From positions 32,001 to 96,000 of the forward strand of contig JAVJQW010000047.1 of NCBI GenBank assembly GCA_040218735.1: a stretch of DNA of 64,000 nt, read 5' to 3'. Numbering within the stretch: the first letter of the stretch is position 1; each line of letters starts with the position of its first letter. A program made the position numbers and the translations under genes. The notes beneath the pieces are model-generated. The model searched no databases. It was given only the letters and a program-made list of their open reading frames with translations, and had not been told where the DNA came from. Positions 18,676-28,111 of the stretch are shown in pieces. The DNA is from Deltaproteobacteria bacterium (GTDB lineage Bacteria > Myxococcota > Kuafuiibacteriia > Kuafuiibacteriales > Kuafuiibacteriaceae).

Positions 18676-20520
18676 CTATCTGTGCCAGGCGCGGAGCCAG
18701 GAAGCGTATAGGTTCGGCGCTTCCTCGGCGCGCACGTCGTCGCGCTCGAAGAGCGGGCCATCCACGGTCCCGTCGGTGCGATCCACGATCCAACCACCCC
18801 GCGTGACCTGGGCGCCACGACGCCAGTCGACGCGCTTCACGAGTTTCTGCGGCACGGAGCGTACGACCGCGTGCAGCGCGGCGGCGTAGTCGGGCACCAC
18901 GACCTCCACGCCACGGTCAATCAACTCATCGACGAGCTCGTAGCGCGCGACCGCCGGGCCGATGACCACGCGAGAGACATCGTCCGGCACCTGCGCGTCG
19001 GGGTCATCGAGGACGAACGTCCCCGCCACCGCATCCGAAGAGAAGCCGTCGTGGAGGCGCCGCTGGAGCCCGGCCCTCGCAGACGCGAACCCACCCGGTC
19101 CGGGACCGGCCGCCGCGACGAGCGCCGAGACCACGACGTCGCCCCAATCGATCGGCCGAAGCTCGACGCCTTCGCGCCCGGCGATCTCCACTCGTACGCC
19201 GGGTGCGACGAAGACGTGGTCGAACGCGTATCCGCGATCGTCGAAGGTGATCTTCGCGACGCCGTCCGCCGCGACGATCGCATAAGCGGCGCCACCGGAG
19301 TGGAGCCACGTCGGCGTCCTCGCCGGCCACGCATCCTGCGGAACCACGATGACGTGCGGCACCGCGTGGTACTTCGCGACCATCGCCCGCGCCTGACGCG
19401 GCACCGTCGTGGGATCGATGGCAACGTTCGACGACGCCTCCGCGGCAAAGTTGTCGACCACCCGATCGAGCCCCTGCGCAGGCGGACGGTTCTTCACGTT
19501 ACCGAGCGCCTCCTCCACCGCCTCCTCCGGGATGCGCAGTCCTTCGAGACCGCCCATCGGTTCGGCGATGCGCGCGACCTCGGGGATGAGGGTGTCGACG
19601 TGCAGCTCGGCGTCGGCCGAAACCGCGTTGAGCTGCCGGAGAGTTCCGGAGTGCACCCGCGCGAGGCCCGTCTCGACGAACGTGGGATCGAAGCCTCGGC
19701 CGATCCACGGACGAACGATGTCGCGTCCGATCGCGTTCACCGCGCGCCGGTCGATCTGAGGTTCGAGACCAAGGCGCCCCTGCATGAGCGCGAGCAGGCG
19801 CTCGGTCTCGGCGTTGCCGGTGGCCCGCCCGAGGCCCTGCAGCGAGGCGTCGACGAGCGTCGCCCCCTCCTGGATAGCCGCGATGCTGTTCGCTGTCGCG
19901 AGGCCGAGGTTGTTGTGCCCGTGGAAGCCTACGCGCGCATCCGTCTTCGCGACGGCGGCCGCGACGTATCGTTTCACTTCGTCGGGCGTCCAACACCCTG
20001 CGGAGTCGACGAGGTAGACCCACGACGCTCCGGCCTCCGCCGCAGCGCGGCACTTGTCCGCCATCTGCTCGGGGGTTCGCAGGTAGCTCCGCATGAAGTT
20101 CACGCTGACGAGCAACCCACGCTTCGCCGCGTACTCGATCGACTTCATCGTCGCTTCGCGGTCGGGGATGCTCTTCGGCGTGCAGGCCATTCGGATGAAG
20201 TCGAGGCCATTGTCGATCGCCTCCTCGAAGATCTCTCTCAACACTGGCTCTTCGAAGACGTTCGCAGCGACGAGGGATCCGATCTTGGCGTTCGGCGCCG
20301 CGCGGCGTGCCGCGCGCATGTAGTCACCGTCGGTCTCGGCGGCGGGGACGCTCCCCGGCCACTGCTGTCCGCGAATGCCCCAGCCGTGTCCGATCTCGAT
20401 GTACTTGAGACCGGCCCGGTCGAGCAGACCGACGAGCAGCGCGAGGTCGGCCTTGGTGAATTGGAAGTCGACCTCGTAGCTGCCGTCACGAATCGTGGTC
20501 TCGAGTAGCTCCGCCTGCAT
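18676..20520 (-). CDS. DRE-TIM aldolase (4-hydroxy-2-oxovalerate aldolase-like) with long C-terminal extension
   Basis: TTIRDG, EIGHGWG, YLVDSAG, GFHGHNNLGLATAN, GLGRATGN; about 270 extra residues of unknown fold. Confidence 0.75.
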   Translation of the reverse strand: MQAELLETTIRDGSYEVDFQFTKADLALLVGLLDRAGLKYIEIGHGWGIRGQQWPGSVPAAETDGDYMRAARRAAPNAKIGSLVAANVFEEPVLREIFEEAIDNGLDFIRMACTPKSIPDREATMKSIEYAAKRGLLVSVNFMRSYLRTPEQMADKCRAAAEAGASWVYLVDSAGCWTPDEVKRYVAAAVAKTDARVGFHGHNNLGLATANSIAAIQEGATLVDASLQGLGRATGNAETERLLALMQGRLGLEPQIDRRAVNAIGRDIVRPWIGRGFDPTFVETGLARVHSGTLRQLNAVSADAELHVDTLIPEVARIAEPMGGLEGLRIPEEAVEEALGNVKNRPPAQGLDRVVDNFAAEASSNVAIDPTTVPRQARAMVAKYHAVPHVIVVPQDAWPARTPTWLHSGGAAYAIVAADGVAKITFDDRGYAFDHVFVAPGVRVEIAGREGVELRPIDWGDVVVSALVAAAGPGPGGFASARAGLQRRLHDGFSSDAVAGTFVLDDPDAQVPDDVSRVVIGPAVARYELVDELIDRGVEVVVPDYAAALHAVVRSVPQKLVKRVDWRRGAQVTRGGWIVDRTDGTVDGPLFERDDVRAEEAPNLYASWLRAWHR

Positions 20521-20531
20521 GATCAATCTTC

Positions 20532-21722
20532 CTATTGGCCGGCCGCCTCGCGAATCCAGGCGACGACCATCTCATCGGTCAGCAGGCCTTGCTTCGCTTC
20601 GGACTCCGTCTTGATTCGCGCCAGGACGTCGTTGCGCGCCGACGGAGACAGCTCCAGACCGACCTCCTTGGCCGCGAAGTCCACCGAGCTTCCGCCCGAG
20701 TGTTTGCCGAACACCAACTCATGGTGCCGCCCGATCATCGGCGGCGGGTACGGCTGATAACACTCCGGGTTCTTGAGGAGCCCGGAGATGTGAATGCCCG
20801 ACTCGTGGGTGAAACACAGCTTGCCCCCGACGGGTTTGTGCGCCGGCGGCTCGGTCCCCGAAGCGCGATGTACGGCGTTGCACAGGTCATGCAGCTTCGA
20901 GAGATCGATACCGGTGTCGAGCCCGTACTTGACGTGCAGCGCAACCACCAGCTCCTCGAGGCACGCGTTCCCGGTGCGCTCGCCAACGCCGTTGACGGTG
21001 ACCTGCGCCATCTTCGCTCCCGACTCCAGCGCCGCCAGCGTGTTCGCGAGCGCGAGGCCGAGGTCGTTGTGGAAGTGTGTGCCGATCGGAACGTCGAAGA
21101 GCGCGGTGAAGATCTCCACGATCTTCGTCGTCGCGGTGGGCGTGAGTATGCCGACGGTGTCGGCGAATACGAGGTAGTCGACGCCCGCATCGACCCCCGC
21201 CTGGAACAGCTTGATGATTCGACCGAGCGGCGCTCGGGAGCTGTCCTCGAGCCCGAGCGAAACGAGGGCGCCCTGCTCCTTGGCCTTCCGCACGCCCGCT
21301 TGAATTCGCTCGACCGCTTGCTCCTCGGTCCAACGCGTCTTCTCGAAGAGGTGCGTGTCCGAGCAGCCGAGGAACAGCGCGACGAGGTCCACGCCGGACT
21401 CCACCGTCTTCTCGATGTCGGCGTCGAGCATGCGACACAGGCCAGCGAGCTTGATGTCGAGCCCGGCCTTCGCGAGCCGGTTCACGCTGCTGAACTCATG
21501 CGGTGAAGCCGCGGGGAACCCAGCGTTCGTCCACGGGATACCCATCTCGGACATCATCGTCGCGAGCTCGAACTTCTCATCCGAGTTGAAGACGACACCC
21601 GGCGGCTGCTCGCCTTCGCGGAGCGTGTTGTCGTAGATGATCACGTCGCTCGCGATCGGCTTCGAGAACGCACGAGTGAGTACGTTCGCGGAGGAATCGG
21701 ACGGTCGCATGGGGATCTTCAT
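20532..21722 (-). CDS. Homocitrate/2-alkylmalate synthase family (NifV/AksA/FrbC-like, no regulatory domain)
   Basis: DNTLREGEQ, HFHNDLGLA, GVGERTGN, HESGIH; 396 aa, lacks the LeuA allosteric domain. Confidence 0.88.
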   Translation of the reverse strand: MKIPMRPSDSSANVLTRAFSKPIASDVIIYDNTLREGEQPPGVVFNSDEKFELATMMSEMGIPWTNAGFPAASPHEFSSVNRLAKAGLDIKLAGLCRMLDADIEKTVESGVDLVALFLGCSDTHLFEKTRWTEEQAVERIQAGVRKAKEQGALVSLGLEDSSRAPLGRIIKLFQAGVDAGVDYLVFADTVGILTPTATTKIVEIFTALFDVPIGTHFHNDLGLALANTLAALESGAKMAQVTVNGVGERTGNACLEELVVALHVKYGLDTGIDLSKLHDLCNAVHRASGTEPPAHKPVGGKLCFTHESGIHISGLLKNPECYQPYPPPMIGRHHELVFGKHSGGSSVDFAAKEVGLELSPSARNDVLARIKTESEAKQGLLTDEMVVAWIREAAGQ

Positions 21723-22834
21723 CGGCCTGCCTCCAACCGTCCGACGACGGCGTTGGTGATCTCGACGGTCTTTGCGTCGCCACCCATGTCGCGAGGCTTC
21801 ACCTCCTGGAGCGCCCCGAGGAGCGCATCGATCAGGCGCGAGGCCTCCGCCGAGTAGCCGAGGTAACCCAACATCATCGAAGCCGAGAGGATCGCCGCCG
21901 CCGGGTTCGCGATGCCCTGACCCACGATATCCGGCGCGCTGCCGTGACAAGGTTCGAAGTAGACGACCTTCTCGCCGACGCCCGCGCTCGGCACGAGCGG
22001 CATCCCACCCATGACCTCCGACGCAACGTCGGAGAGGATGTCGCCGAACATGTTCATCGTGACGACGACGTCGAAGCTGTAGGGGCACGCGACCATGCGC
22101 CGCGCAGCCTCGTCGACGAACAACTCATCATAGGTCAGGCCCTGCGCTTCGATCTCCGGGATGCACTTGTCCGCGAAGAACCCACCCACCGTCTTGAGCA
22201 CGTTTCGCTTGTGGACGATCGTCACGTGACCGCGGCCGATGCCGAGCGTTTGGCGGTGTTTCGCGAGGCGCGCGGCGTAGCGCGCGATGCGCGTCGCCGC
22301 GCTCGCCGTACAGATGCGGATCGCGTAGACGCCGTCGTCCTCCGGCAGCGGGCGGCCGAGCGCGTCCTTAGAGTCCGGGTAACGCTCGCGGAGCTCCGCA
22401 AGCGAACCCTCGCGGCCCGGGTACATACCTTCCGTGAGCTCGCGAACGATGACGAGATCCGTGCGCCCCTCCCCCGTGATGCTGTCGATCCCGGGCAGAC
22501 TCGCGGACGGGCGGAGGTTCGCGTAGCACTGGCAGTGATAGCGGATGAAGCGCAGGATCTCGCGCGACTTCGCCTGCACGGCGCCGAACAACACCGCGTC
22601 GGATTCGACGATGTCGGTCTTCACTCGTTCGGGGAACGCGTCGCCGATCTCTTGCTCACCACGCTCCCCGTGGAGCGGCTCGCGAACTTCACAGTCCAGG
22701 CCGGTCGCACGGACACACGCGAGCGCGGACGCGGTGACCTCTGGCCCCACGCCGTCGCCGCCGATCACGGTGATGATCGGGCGCGCGGGTCGCTCGTCGA
22801 TCGGAACGATCCATCGCTCGGGTCCGAGTTTCAT
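21719..22834 (-). CDS. Isocitrate/isopropylmalate dehydrogenase-family protein
   Basis: GDGVGPEV, ANLRP, VRELTEGMY, NMFGDILSD, EPCHGSAPDI. Confidence 0.92.
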   Translation of the reverse strand: MKLGPERWIVPIDERPARPIITVIGGDGVGPEVTASALACVRATGLDCEVREPLHGERGEQEIGDAFPERVKTDIVESDAVLFGAVQAKSREILRFIRYHCQCYANLRPSASLPGIDSITGEGRTDLVIVRELTEGMYPGREGSLAELRERYPDSKDALGRPLPEDDGVYAIRICTASAATRIARYAARLAKHRQTLGIGRGHVTIVHKRNVLKTVGGFFADKCIPEIEAQGLTYDELFVDEAARRMVACPYSFDVVVTMNMFGDILSDVASEVMGGMPLVPSAGVGEKVVYFEPCHGSAPDIVGQGIANPAAAILSASMMLGYLGYSAEASRLIDALLGALQEVKPRDMGGDAKTVEITNAVVGRLEAGR

Positions 22835-23481
22835 CGCGCCGCCTCCTCGCGATCCAAGGCCCACGGGCGCGCCTTCTTCGCGTTTGCCTCGTAGTCGGCG
22901 ATCTCGTCTGCGTACTGCAGCGTGAGCGCGACGTCGTCGAGCCCGTTCACCAGGCAGTGCTTTCGGAAGTCATCGATCTCGAAGGTGTGCTTCGCGCCGT
23001 CCGGCGCCGTCACGGTTTGGTTCGGCAGGTCCACGTGCACGGTCGCGCCCGGGGAGGCTTCGAGCTGGGCCCGCAACCCGTCGCAGACCTCCTTCGCGAG
23101 GCGCACGGCGAGCACGCCGTTCTTCGAGCAGTTGTTGTAGAAGATGTCGCCGAAGCTCGGCGCGATCACACAACGGAAGCCGACGTGGACGGGTGCGCTC
23201 GTCGTGTCCGCGAGCGCCCACACCGCACTCTCGCGCGACGACCCGCACCCGAAGTTCGTGTCCGCCACGATGATGCGCGCTTCACGGAACGGCGCTTGGT
23301 TGAGCGGGAACTCGGGGCGTTCGTTCCCGGCGTCGTCGTAGCGCATGTCGTGGAACGCAAACTTACCGAGCCCGAACGAGCGCGGCTTGCTCAGGAAACG
23401 CGCGGGAATGATGCGGTCGGTGTCGACGTCGCGGAACCCGAGCGGCGCGGCGACGGCCTCGAGGACTTCGAACTTCTCCAT
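22831..23481 (-). CDS. leuD: 3-isopropylmalate dehydratase-like small subunit
   Basis: DVDTDRIIPARF, NFGCGSSRESA, SFGDIFYNN. Confidence 0.93.
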   Translation of the reverse strand: MEKFEVLEAVAAPLGFRDVDTDRIIPARFLSKPRSFGLGKFAFHDMRYDDAGNERPEFPLNQAPFREARIIVADTNFGCGSSRESAVWALADTTSAPVHVGFRCVIAPSFGDIFYNNCSKNGVLAVRLAKEVCDGLRAQLEASPGATVHVDLPNQTVTAPDGAKHTFEIDDFRKHCLVNGLDDVALTLQYADEIADYEANAKKARPWALDREEAAR

Positions 23482-23485
23482 GGTC

Positions 23486-24898
23486 TCAGCTCCTCTCCAT
23501 GCCGCGGACGTCCGTCAGGCGCCCGGTGACCGCGGCGGCCGCGGCCATGATCGGGCTGACGAGATGCGTGCGGCCTCCCTTGCCCTGTCGCCCCTCGAAG
23601 TTGCGGTTCGAGGTGGAAGCGCAACGCTCGCCCGCGGAGATCGTGTCGCCGTTGAGGCCGAGACACATCGAACATCCGGAGTCGCGCCACTCGAAACCCG
23701 CCTCCACGAAGACGCGGTCGATACCCTCCGCTTCCGCGGCGACGCGCACGAGCTCGGAGCCCGGGACGATCATCGCGGGGATCCGAGCCTTCTTGCCCTT
23801 CACGATCGAAGCGGCAGCGCGCAGGTCTTCGATACGACCGTTCGTGCAGCTCCCTATGAAGACGCGGTCGACCTTCACATCGGTCAGCGCCGTCCCCGGC
23901 TCGAGACCCATGTAGTCGAGGGCGCGCTGCATTCGCGCGCGGACGCTCGGGTCGTCGGAGCTCGCCGGGTCCGGCACCTTCTCGTCGATGCCGACCGTGT
24001 CCTCGGGGCTCGTCCCCCAAGTCACCGACGGTGCAAGTGAGCTTGCATCGAGCGCGACCTCGCGATCGAACTTCGCGCCTTCGTCGGAGTAGAGCTTCCG
24101 CCACTGGGCGACCGCTGCGTCCCACTGGTCCGGCCCGGGCGCGTACGGACGACCGCGCACGTACTCGAACGTCTTGTCGTCGGGCGCGACCATCCCCATT
24201 CGGCCGCCGCCTTCGATGGTCATGTTGCAGATCGTCATCCGCGCCTCCATCGAGAGCGATCGGATAGTGCTACCCGCGAACTCGATCGCGTGACCCACGC
24301 CTCCCGTCGCGCCGATGTGGCGAATCAAGGCGAGCACGACATCCTTGCCACCGACACCGAACGGGAGGTCGCCGTCGATCGTGATGCGCATGGTGTTGGG
24401 GCGGCGTTGCCACAGCGTTTGCGTGGCGAGCACGTGCCCGACCTCCGACGCGCCGATACCGAACGCGATGGCCCCGAACGCGCCGTGGGTCGACGTGTGT
24501 GAGTCGCCGCAGACGACGGTCATCCCCGGGAGCGTGAGGCCCTGCTCGGGTCCGACCACGTGGACGATGCCCTGGTCGGGGTCGTTCATCCCGAACAAAC
24601 GAATGCCGTGCGCCTTGGAGTTCTCGTGGAGCGCCTCCACCTTCTTGCGGCGGTCGACGTCCGTGATCGTCGAGAGGCCGGCCGCGCGACCCGTGGTGGG
24701 TACGAAGTGGTCCGCGCAGGAGAACGTCTGCTTCGGACGCGCCACCGGACGGTGTGCGACCGCGAGATCCTCGAAGGCGTGGGAGGAACCTTCGTGCAGG
24801 AGGTGGCAGTCGATGTAGAGCAGCGACGCTCCGTCGTCACGGGTCGTGATGACGTGGGCGTTCCACAGCTTCTCGAAGAGTGTCTTCGGTGTCGTCAT
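23486..24898 (-). CDS. leuC: 3-isopropylmalate dehydratase-like large subunit
   Basis: [42 protein letters not shown]. Confidence 0.95.
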   Translation of the reverse strand: MTTPKTLFEKLWNAHVITTRDDGASLLYIDCHLLHEGSSHAFEDLAVAHRPVARPKQTFSCADHFVPTTGRAAGLSTITDVDRRKKVEALHENSKAHGIRLFGMNDPDQGIVHVVGPEQGLTLPGMTVVCGDSHTSTHGAFGAIAFGIGASEVGHVLATQTLWQRRPNTMRITIDGDLPFGVGGKDVVLALIRHIGATGGVGHAIEFAGSTIRSLSMEARMTICNMTIEGGGRMGMVAPDDKTFEYVRGRPYAPGPDQWDAAVAQWRKLYSDEGAKFDREVALDASSLAPSVTWGTSPEDTVGIDEKVPDPASSDDPSVRARMQRALDYMGLEPGTALTDVKVDRVFIGSCTNGRIEDLRAAASIVKGKKARIPAMIVPGSELVRVAAEAEGIDRVFVEAGFEWRDSGCSMCLGLNGDTISAGERCASTSNRNFEGRQGKGGRTHLVSPIMAAAAAVTGRLTDVRGMERS

Positions 24899-24900
24899 GT

Positions 24901-26211
24901 TCAGTTCGCCTCCAGCTCGTGCAGCGTGGACTCGATGGCGTCGAGGCCCTCGTCCAGCTCGTCCGTCGTGATGCAGAGCGGCGGCACCACGAAGAGATTC
25001 GACCAGCGCATCAGCGCGTAGACCCCGCGCTTCTTCAGTCCGCCGACGACCGACTTGGCGGCGGCGCTCAGCGGAGCGCCGACCGGTGACAACGGTGCGT
25101 CGGCCTCGGGATCCTTCAACTCGATCGCGGCGAAGAGCCCCCTGCGGCGTAGCTCGCGGATCGAAGGATGATCGCGTTTCATCGCGTCGACGCGAGCCTC
25201 GAGGTGGTCGCCGACCCTCGCTGCGTTATCCGCGAGCCGTTCGTCGACGATGACTTCCACGTTTGCCTTGGCCACGCCGAGGCAGTACGCGTGCGCGTTG
25301 TAGGTGAGGCCACCCCAGTAGACGTGATCGTCGAAGTGGCGCGCGATGCGTTCGTGAATCGCGACCCCGCCGAGCGGTACGTAGGAGCTCGTGAGGCCCT
25401 TCGCCATCGTGACGAGGTCGGGGACGAAACCTTCGTGCTCGAACGCGAACATCTTCCCGGTGCGCCCGAAGCCGGTCATGACTTCGTCGCAGATCATCAG
25501 GATGCCGTGGCGCTCCAACAGCGCCTTGACCTTCGCAAGGTAGCCGGTCGGCGGCGGAAGTATCCCGTTGGAGCCGGGCACGACCTCGACGATCATCGCG
25601 GCGAAGGTGTTCGGGCCCGCGTTCTCGATCGTGGTCTCCAGCGCGGAGACCGCGCGGTCCACGTAGTCATCGGGTGTACCGCCCGACTCGAAAGAGAGTG
25701 ACCAAGGATCGTCGACGTGCACGACACCGGGCAGCGGCGGTACCCGTTCCCTTCGACTGTCGCCGCTGATCGCGAGCATCCGATGCGTCGCACCGTGGTA
25801 GCTGCGATGACGCGCGAGGATCTTCTGGCGCCCCGTGAACTGGTGCGCCATGCGAATCGCGTTTTCGTTGGCGTCGGCACCCGCGAGCGTGAAGAAGAAG
25901 GTGCCCAGCTCCTCGGGGAGGAGAGTGGCGAGCAGCTCCGAGAGCTCCGCGCGTTGCCGAGTCACCGCGCTCGGCGCGCAATAGACGAGGTCGTTGGTCG
26001 CGGCCCGCATCGCCGCGAGCACGCGCGGGTGTGCGTGCCCGATGTGGACACTCATGAGTTGGCTGTTGAGATCGAGGTACCGCTTTCCGTCTGCGGTCGT
26101 GAAATGCACGCCCTCCGCCCGCTCGATCACCATCGGGTCCAGCGCGCCGCGCGCCGACCAGGAGAACAGCGTTCGCTGCTTGCAGACGTCGCGTATGGCT
26201 TCGGGCGTCAT
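24901..26211 (-). CDS. Class III PLP aminotransferase (omega-amino acid/taurine:pyruvate type)
   Basis: [28 protein letters not shown]; YLDLNSQL instead of the BioA-type SSWW. Confidence 0.88.
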   Translation of the reverse strand: MTPEAIRDVCKQRTLFSWSARGALDPMVIERAEGVHFTTADGKRYLDLNSQLMSVHIGHAHPRVLAAMRAATNDLVYCAPSAVTRQRAELSELLATLLPEELGTFFFTLAGADANENAIRMAHQFTGRQKILARHRSYHGATHRMLAISGDSRRERVPPLPGVVHVDDPWSLSFESGGTPDDYVDRAVSALETTIENAGPNTFAAMIVEVVPGSNGILPPPTGYLAKVKALLERHGILMICDEVMTGFGRTGKMFAFEHEGFVPDLVTMAKGLTSSYVPLGGVAIHERIARHFDDHVYWGGLTYNAHAYCLGVAKANVEVIVDERLADNAARVGDHLEARVDAMKRDHPSIRELRRRGLFAAIELKDPEADAPLSPVGAPLSAAAKSVVGGLKKRGVYALMRWSNLFVVPPLCITTDELDEGLDAIESTLHELEAN

Positions 26212-26939
26212 TCACCCTCCGGCGTGATGCGGCCCTCGACGTACCCACGAACCCATCCGGCCATCGTGCGTACGGCTTCGGTCTTCGACGCCAGGACGTG
26301 CCACCGATCGACGGGCGCGTTGGTGTCCATGCGGCGCCCGACGACCATCCGCTCCACGCCGCAGAACCGCTGCACCGTGGCGGCGTTCGTGCCGGTGGTG
26401 GGATCCGCGTCCTCCACGACGCTCATGCAGACGCCGAGCGTCCGAACGCCTTCGAGCTTCGCGGCGGCGAGCGCCATGATGGCGAGCGTCGCGCCCTGGG
26501 CGTGATCGCGCCCGAGCAACAAGAGCGGCGCGTTCAGGCTCGTCGCGATGGCGAGGTTGGAGTGCTGCCAGGTCAGCGGCGTCGTCACGCCGCCGGCGCC
26601 CTCGACGAGGACGACGTCGGCTTCGTCGGCGGCGCGTTCCATGTCGCCGATCATCTGTGACCAGTCGATCTCGATGCCCTCGACTTGTGCGGCCATCGCA
26701 GGGGAGAGGGACGAACGGAGACGGACGAGCGCTCGCGGCGGCCAGGTTTGCCCCGTCGCAGCGGCGATGAGCTCACCATCCTCTTGGCCCTCGGGGGAAC
26801 GGTCGCACCATCCCTCCACCGCTTTGATCGCGATGACCTTCAGGCCGTCATCGATGAGCGCGCGCGCCAGCGCTCGGATGAGCAACGTCTTTCCGACGTT
26901 CATCCCGGTGCCGCCGATGAAGACGTGTTTCTTGCCCAT
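26208..26939 (-). CDS. bioD: Dethiobiotin synthetase-like ATP-dependent enzyme
   Basis: GTGMNVGKT P-loop, K-A-V-E-G, VLVEGAGGVTTPL. Confidence 0.75.
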   Translation of the reverse strand: MGKKHVFIGGTGMNVGKTLLIRALARALIDDGLKVIAIKAVEGWCDRSPEGQEDGELIAAATGQTWPPRALVRLRSSLSPAMAAQVEGIEIDWSQMIGDMERAADEADVVLVEGAGGVTTPLTWQHSNLAIATSLNAPLLLLGRDHAQGATLAIMALAAAKLEGVRTLGVCMSVVEDADPTTGTNAATVQRFCGVERMVVGRRMDTNAPVDRWHVLASKTEAVRTMAGWVRGYVEGRITPEGE

Positions 26940-26944
26940 GACGC

Positions 26945-27529
26945 TCAGCCCTCCTCGGGGGCGTCGGCGAGCGCCTGCCGAACGTCTGCGCACGACTTGA
27001 AGAGGTGCGGCATCGCCTCGTCAGGGTTGTAGTCGCTGATGATCGGGTGGGTTCGAAGTGTTCCGAATACCGGTCCGGGTTGGGCGATGAGCTCGGGGAA
27101 GCGACCGGCGAACGTGTCGAGATCGTCGAAGTCCTCGGCGACCGAAAAACCGCAGCCCTTGGCGATGGTGGAGAAGGACAAGCCGCCCCGGTTGGGGATG
27201 GGTTGTCCGCCCGTGCCCGCGTAGACGCCGTTCTCGAGTACGAACACGTAGAGGTTCTGCACGCCGCTCCCGACGATCGTCACGAGGCTGCCGAGGTTCA
27301 TCAGGAGGCTGCCGTCCCCATCGAAAACGATGACCTTGCGATCGGGGCGCCCGAGCGCGATGCCGAGTCCGAGGGAGGTGCCCTTGCCCATCGCGCCGCG
27401 GAAGAGGATGTCGAGCTCGGGCCGCTGGCTCACATCGAACCAGGGTTGGCGTGCGGTCTGGCAGGGGATGACGACGGCGTCGCCGCGGTAGCGCTCGACG
27501 ACCTCGAAGGCCGCGCTGACTTCCATCAT
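26945..27529 (-). CDS. comE: Sulfopyruvate/phosphonopyruvate decarboxylase beta subunit (ThDP-binding)
   Basis: GAMG, DGDGSLLMNLGSL, NGVYAGTGGQP. Confidence 0.82.
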   Translation of the reverse strand: MMEVSAAFEVVERYRGDAVVIPCQTARQPWFDVSQRPELDILFRGAMGKGTSLGLGIALGRPDRKVIVFDGDGSLLMNLGSLVTIVGSGVQNLYVFVLENGVYAGTGGQPIPNRGGLSFSTIAKGCGFSVAEDFDDLDTFAGRFPELIAQPGPVFGTLRTHPIISDYNPDEAMPHLFKSCADVRQALADAPEEG

Positions 27530-28062
27530 GACGAGGCTCCTGATGCCTTCGGGACGCTGGCGTCGTCCGGGAGCAGCAGCGCGACGGGGCGCCCGGTCTC
27601 CTCGGCGATCCCGTACGCCTCGGGGATCCGGTCGAGGTCCTCGTCGGTGACCAAGGGTATGGAGGTCGCGCGCCAGGCGTCGAGGATCGGCTGCGTGTAG
27701 ATACCCGCGGAATCTCGCGCTTGTCCGTCGAGAACCCATCCGCGGTATCCGATCATCATCACCAGGGGCAGACGTGCGTAATAAGTGAACCCTCGGATCG
27801 AGTCGCCTGACTCGAACATGCCGGTGTTCTGGATCATGACCATCGGCTTCTTTCCGCCGATGATGAGTCCGGTGGCGATCGCCATTGTCTCACCTTCGCG
27901 ACAGACGGGGACGAGCGTGAGCTCGGGCGCGGCGGTGAGTAGGTTGTGAATCGTGTCACGCTCGGTGCCGGGGAGATACGGAATGTGCGTCACGCCGGCT
28001 TCGACGATCTTGCGAACGACCTTCTCCGGCGTCACGTGAAATGCATGTGTTTTCGATACCAT
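27526..28062 (-). CDS. comD: Sulfopyruvate/phosphonopyruvate decarboxylase alpha subunit
   Basis: VPVCREGE, MIQNTG, IGYRG; overlaps the beta subunit gene. Confidence 0.82.
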   Translation of the reverse strand: MVSKTHAFHVTPEKVVRKIVEAGVTHIPYLPGTERDTIHNLLTAAPELTLVPVCREGETMAIATGLIIGGKKPMVMIQNTGMFESGDSIRGFTYYARLPLVMMIGYRGWVLDGQARDSAGIYTQPILDAWRATSIPLVTDEDLDRIPEAYGIAEETGRPVALLLPDDASVPKASGASS

Positions 28063-28111
28063 GGACGAACCGAGCGCATGAGGCCACGCGCCTATGGAGC
28101 GGTCAATGGAG

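Noticed and set aside
24901-26939. Canonical bioA-bioD biotin operon
   Set aside because: The aminotransferase lacks BioA signature residues and bioB/bioF are absent from the window. Kept only as an alternative hypothesis.
16860-28062. Reading comABDE plus AksADEF-like genes as archaeal coenzyme M and coenzyme B biosynthesis or methanogenesis
   Set aside because: The context is bacterial, LeuC/LeuD look like the bacterial type, and I see no thiol-installing or methanogenesis genes. The ligases and aminotransferase point to a different product.
26945-28062. Phosphonate biosynthesis via phosphonopyruvate decarboxylase
   Set aside because: There is no PEP mutase in the window, whereas comA and comB are present, which favours a sulfonate substrate.
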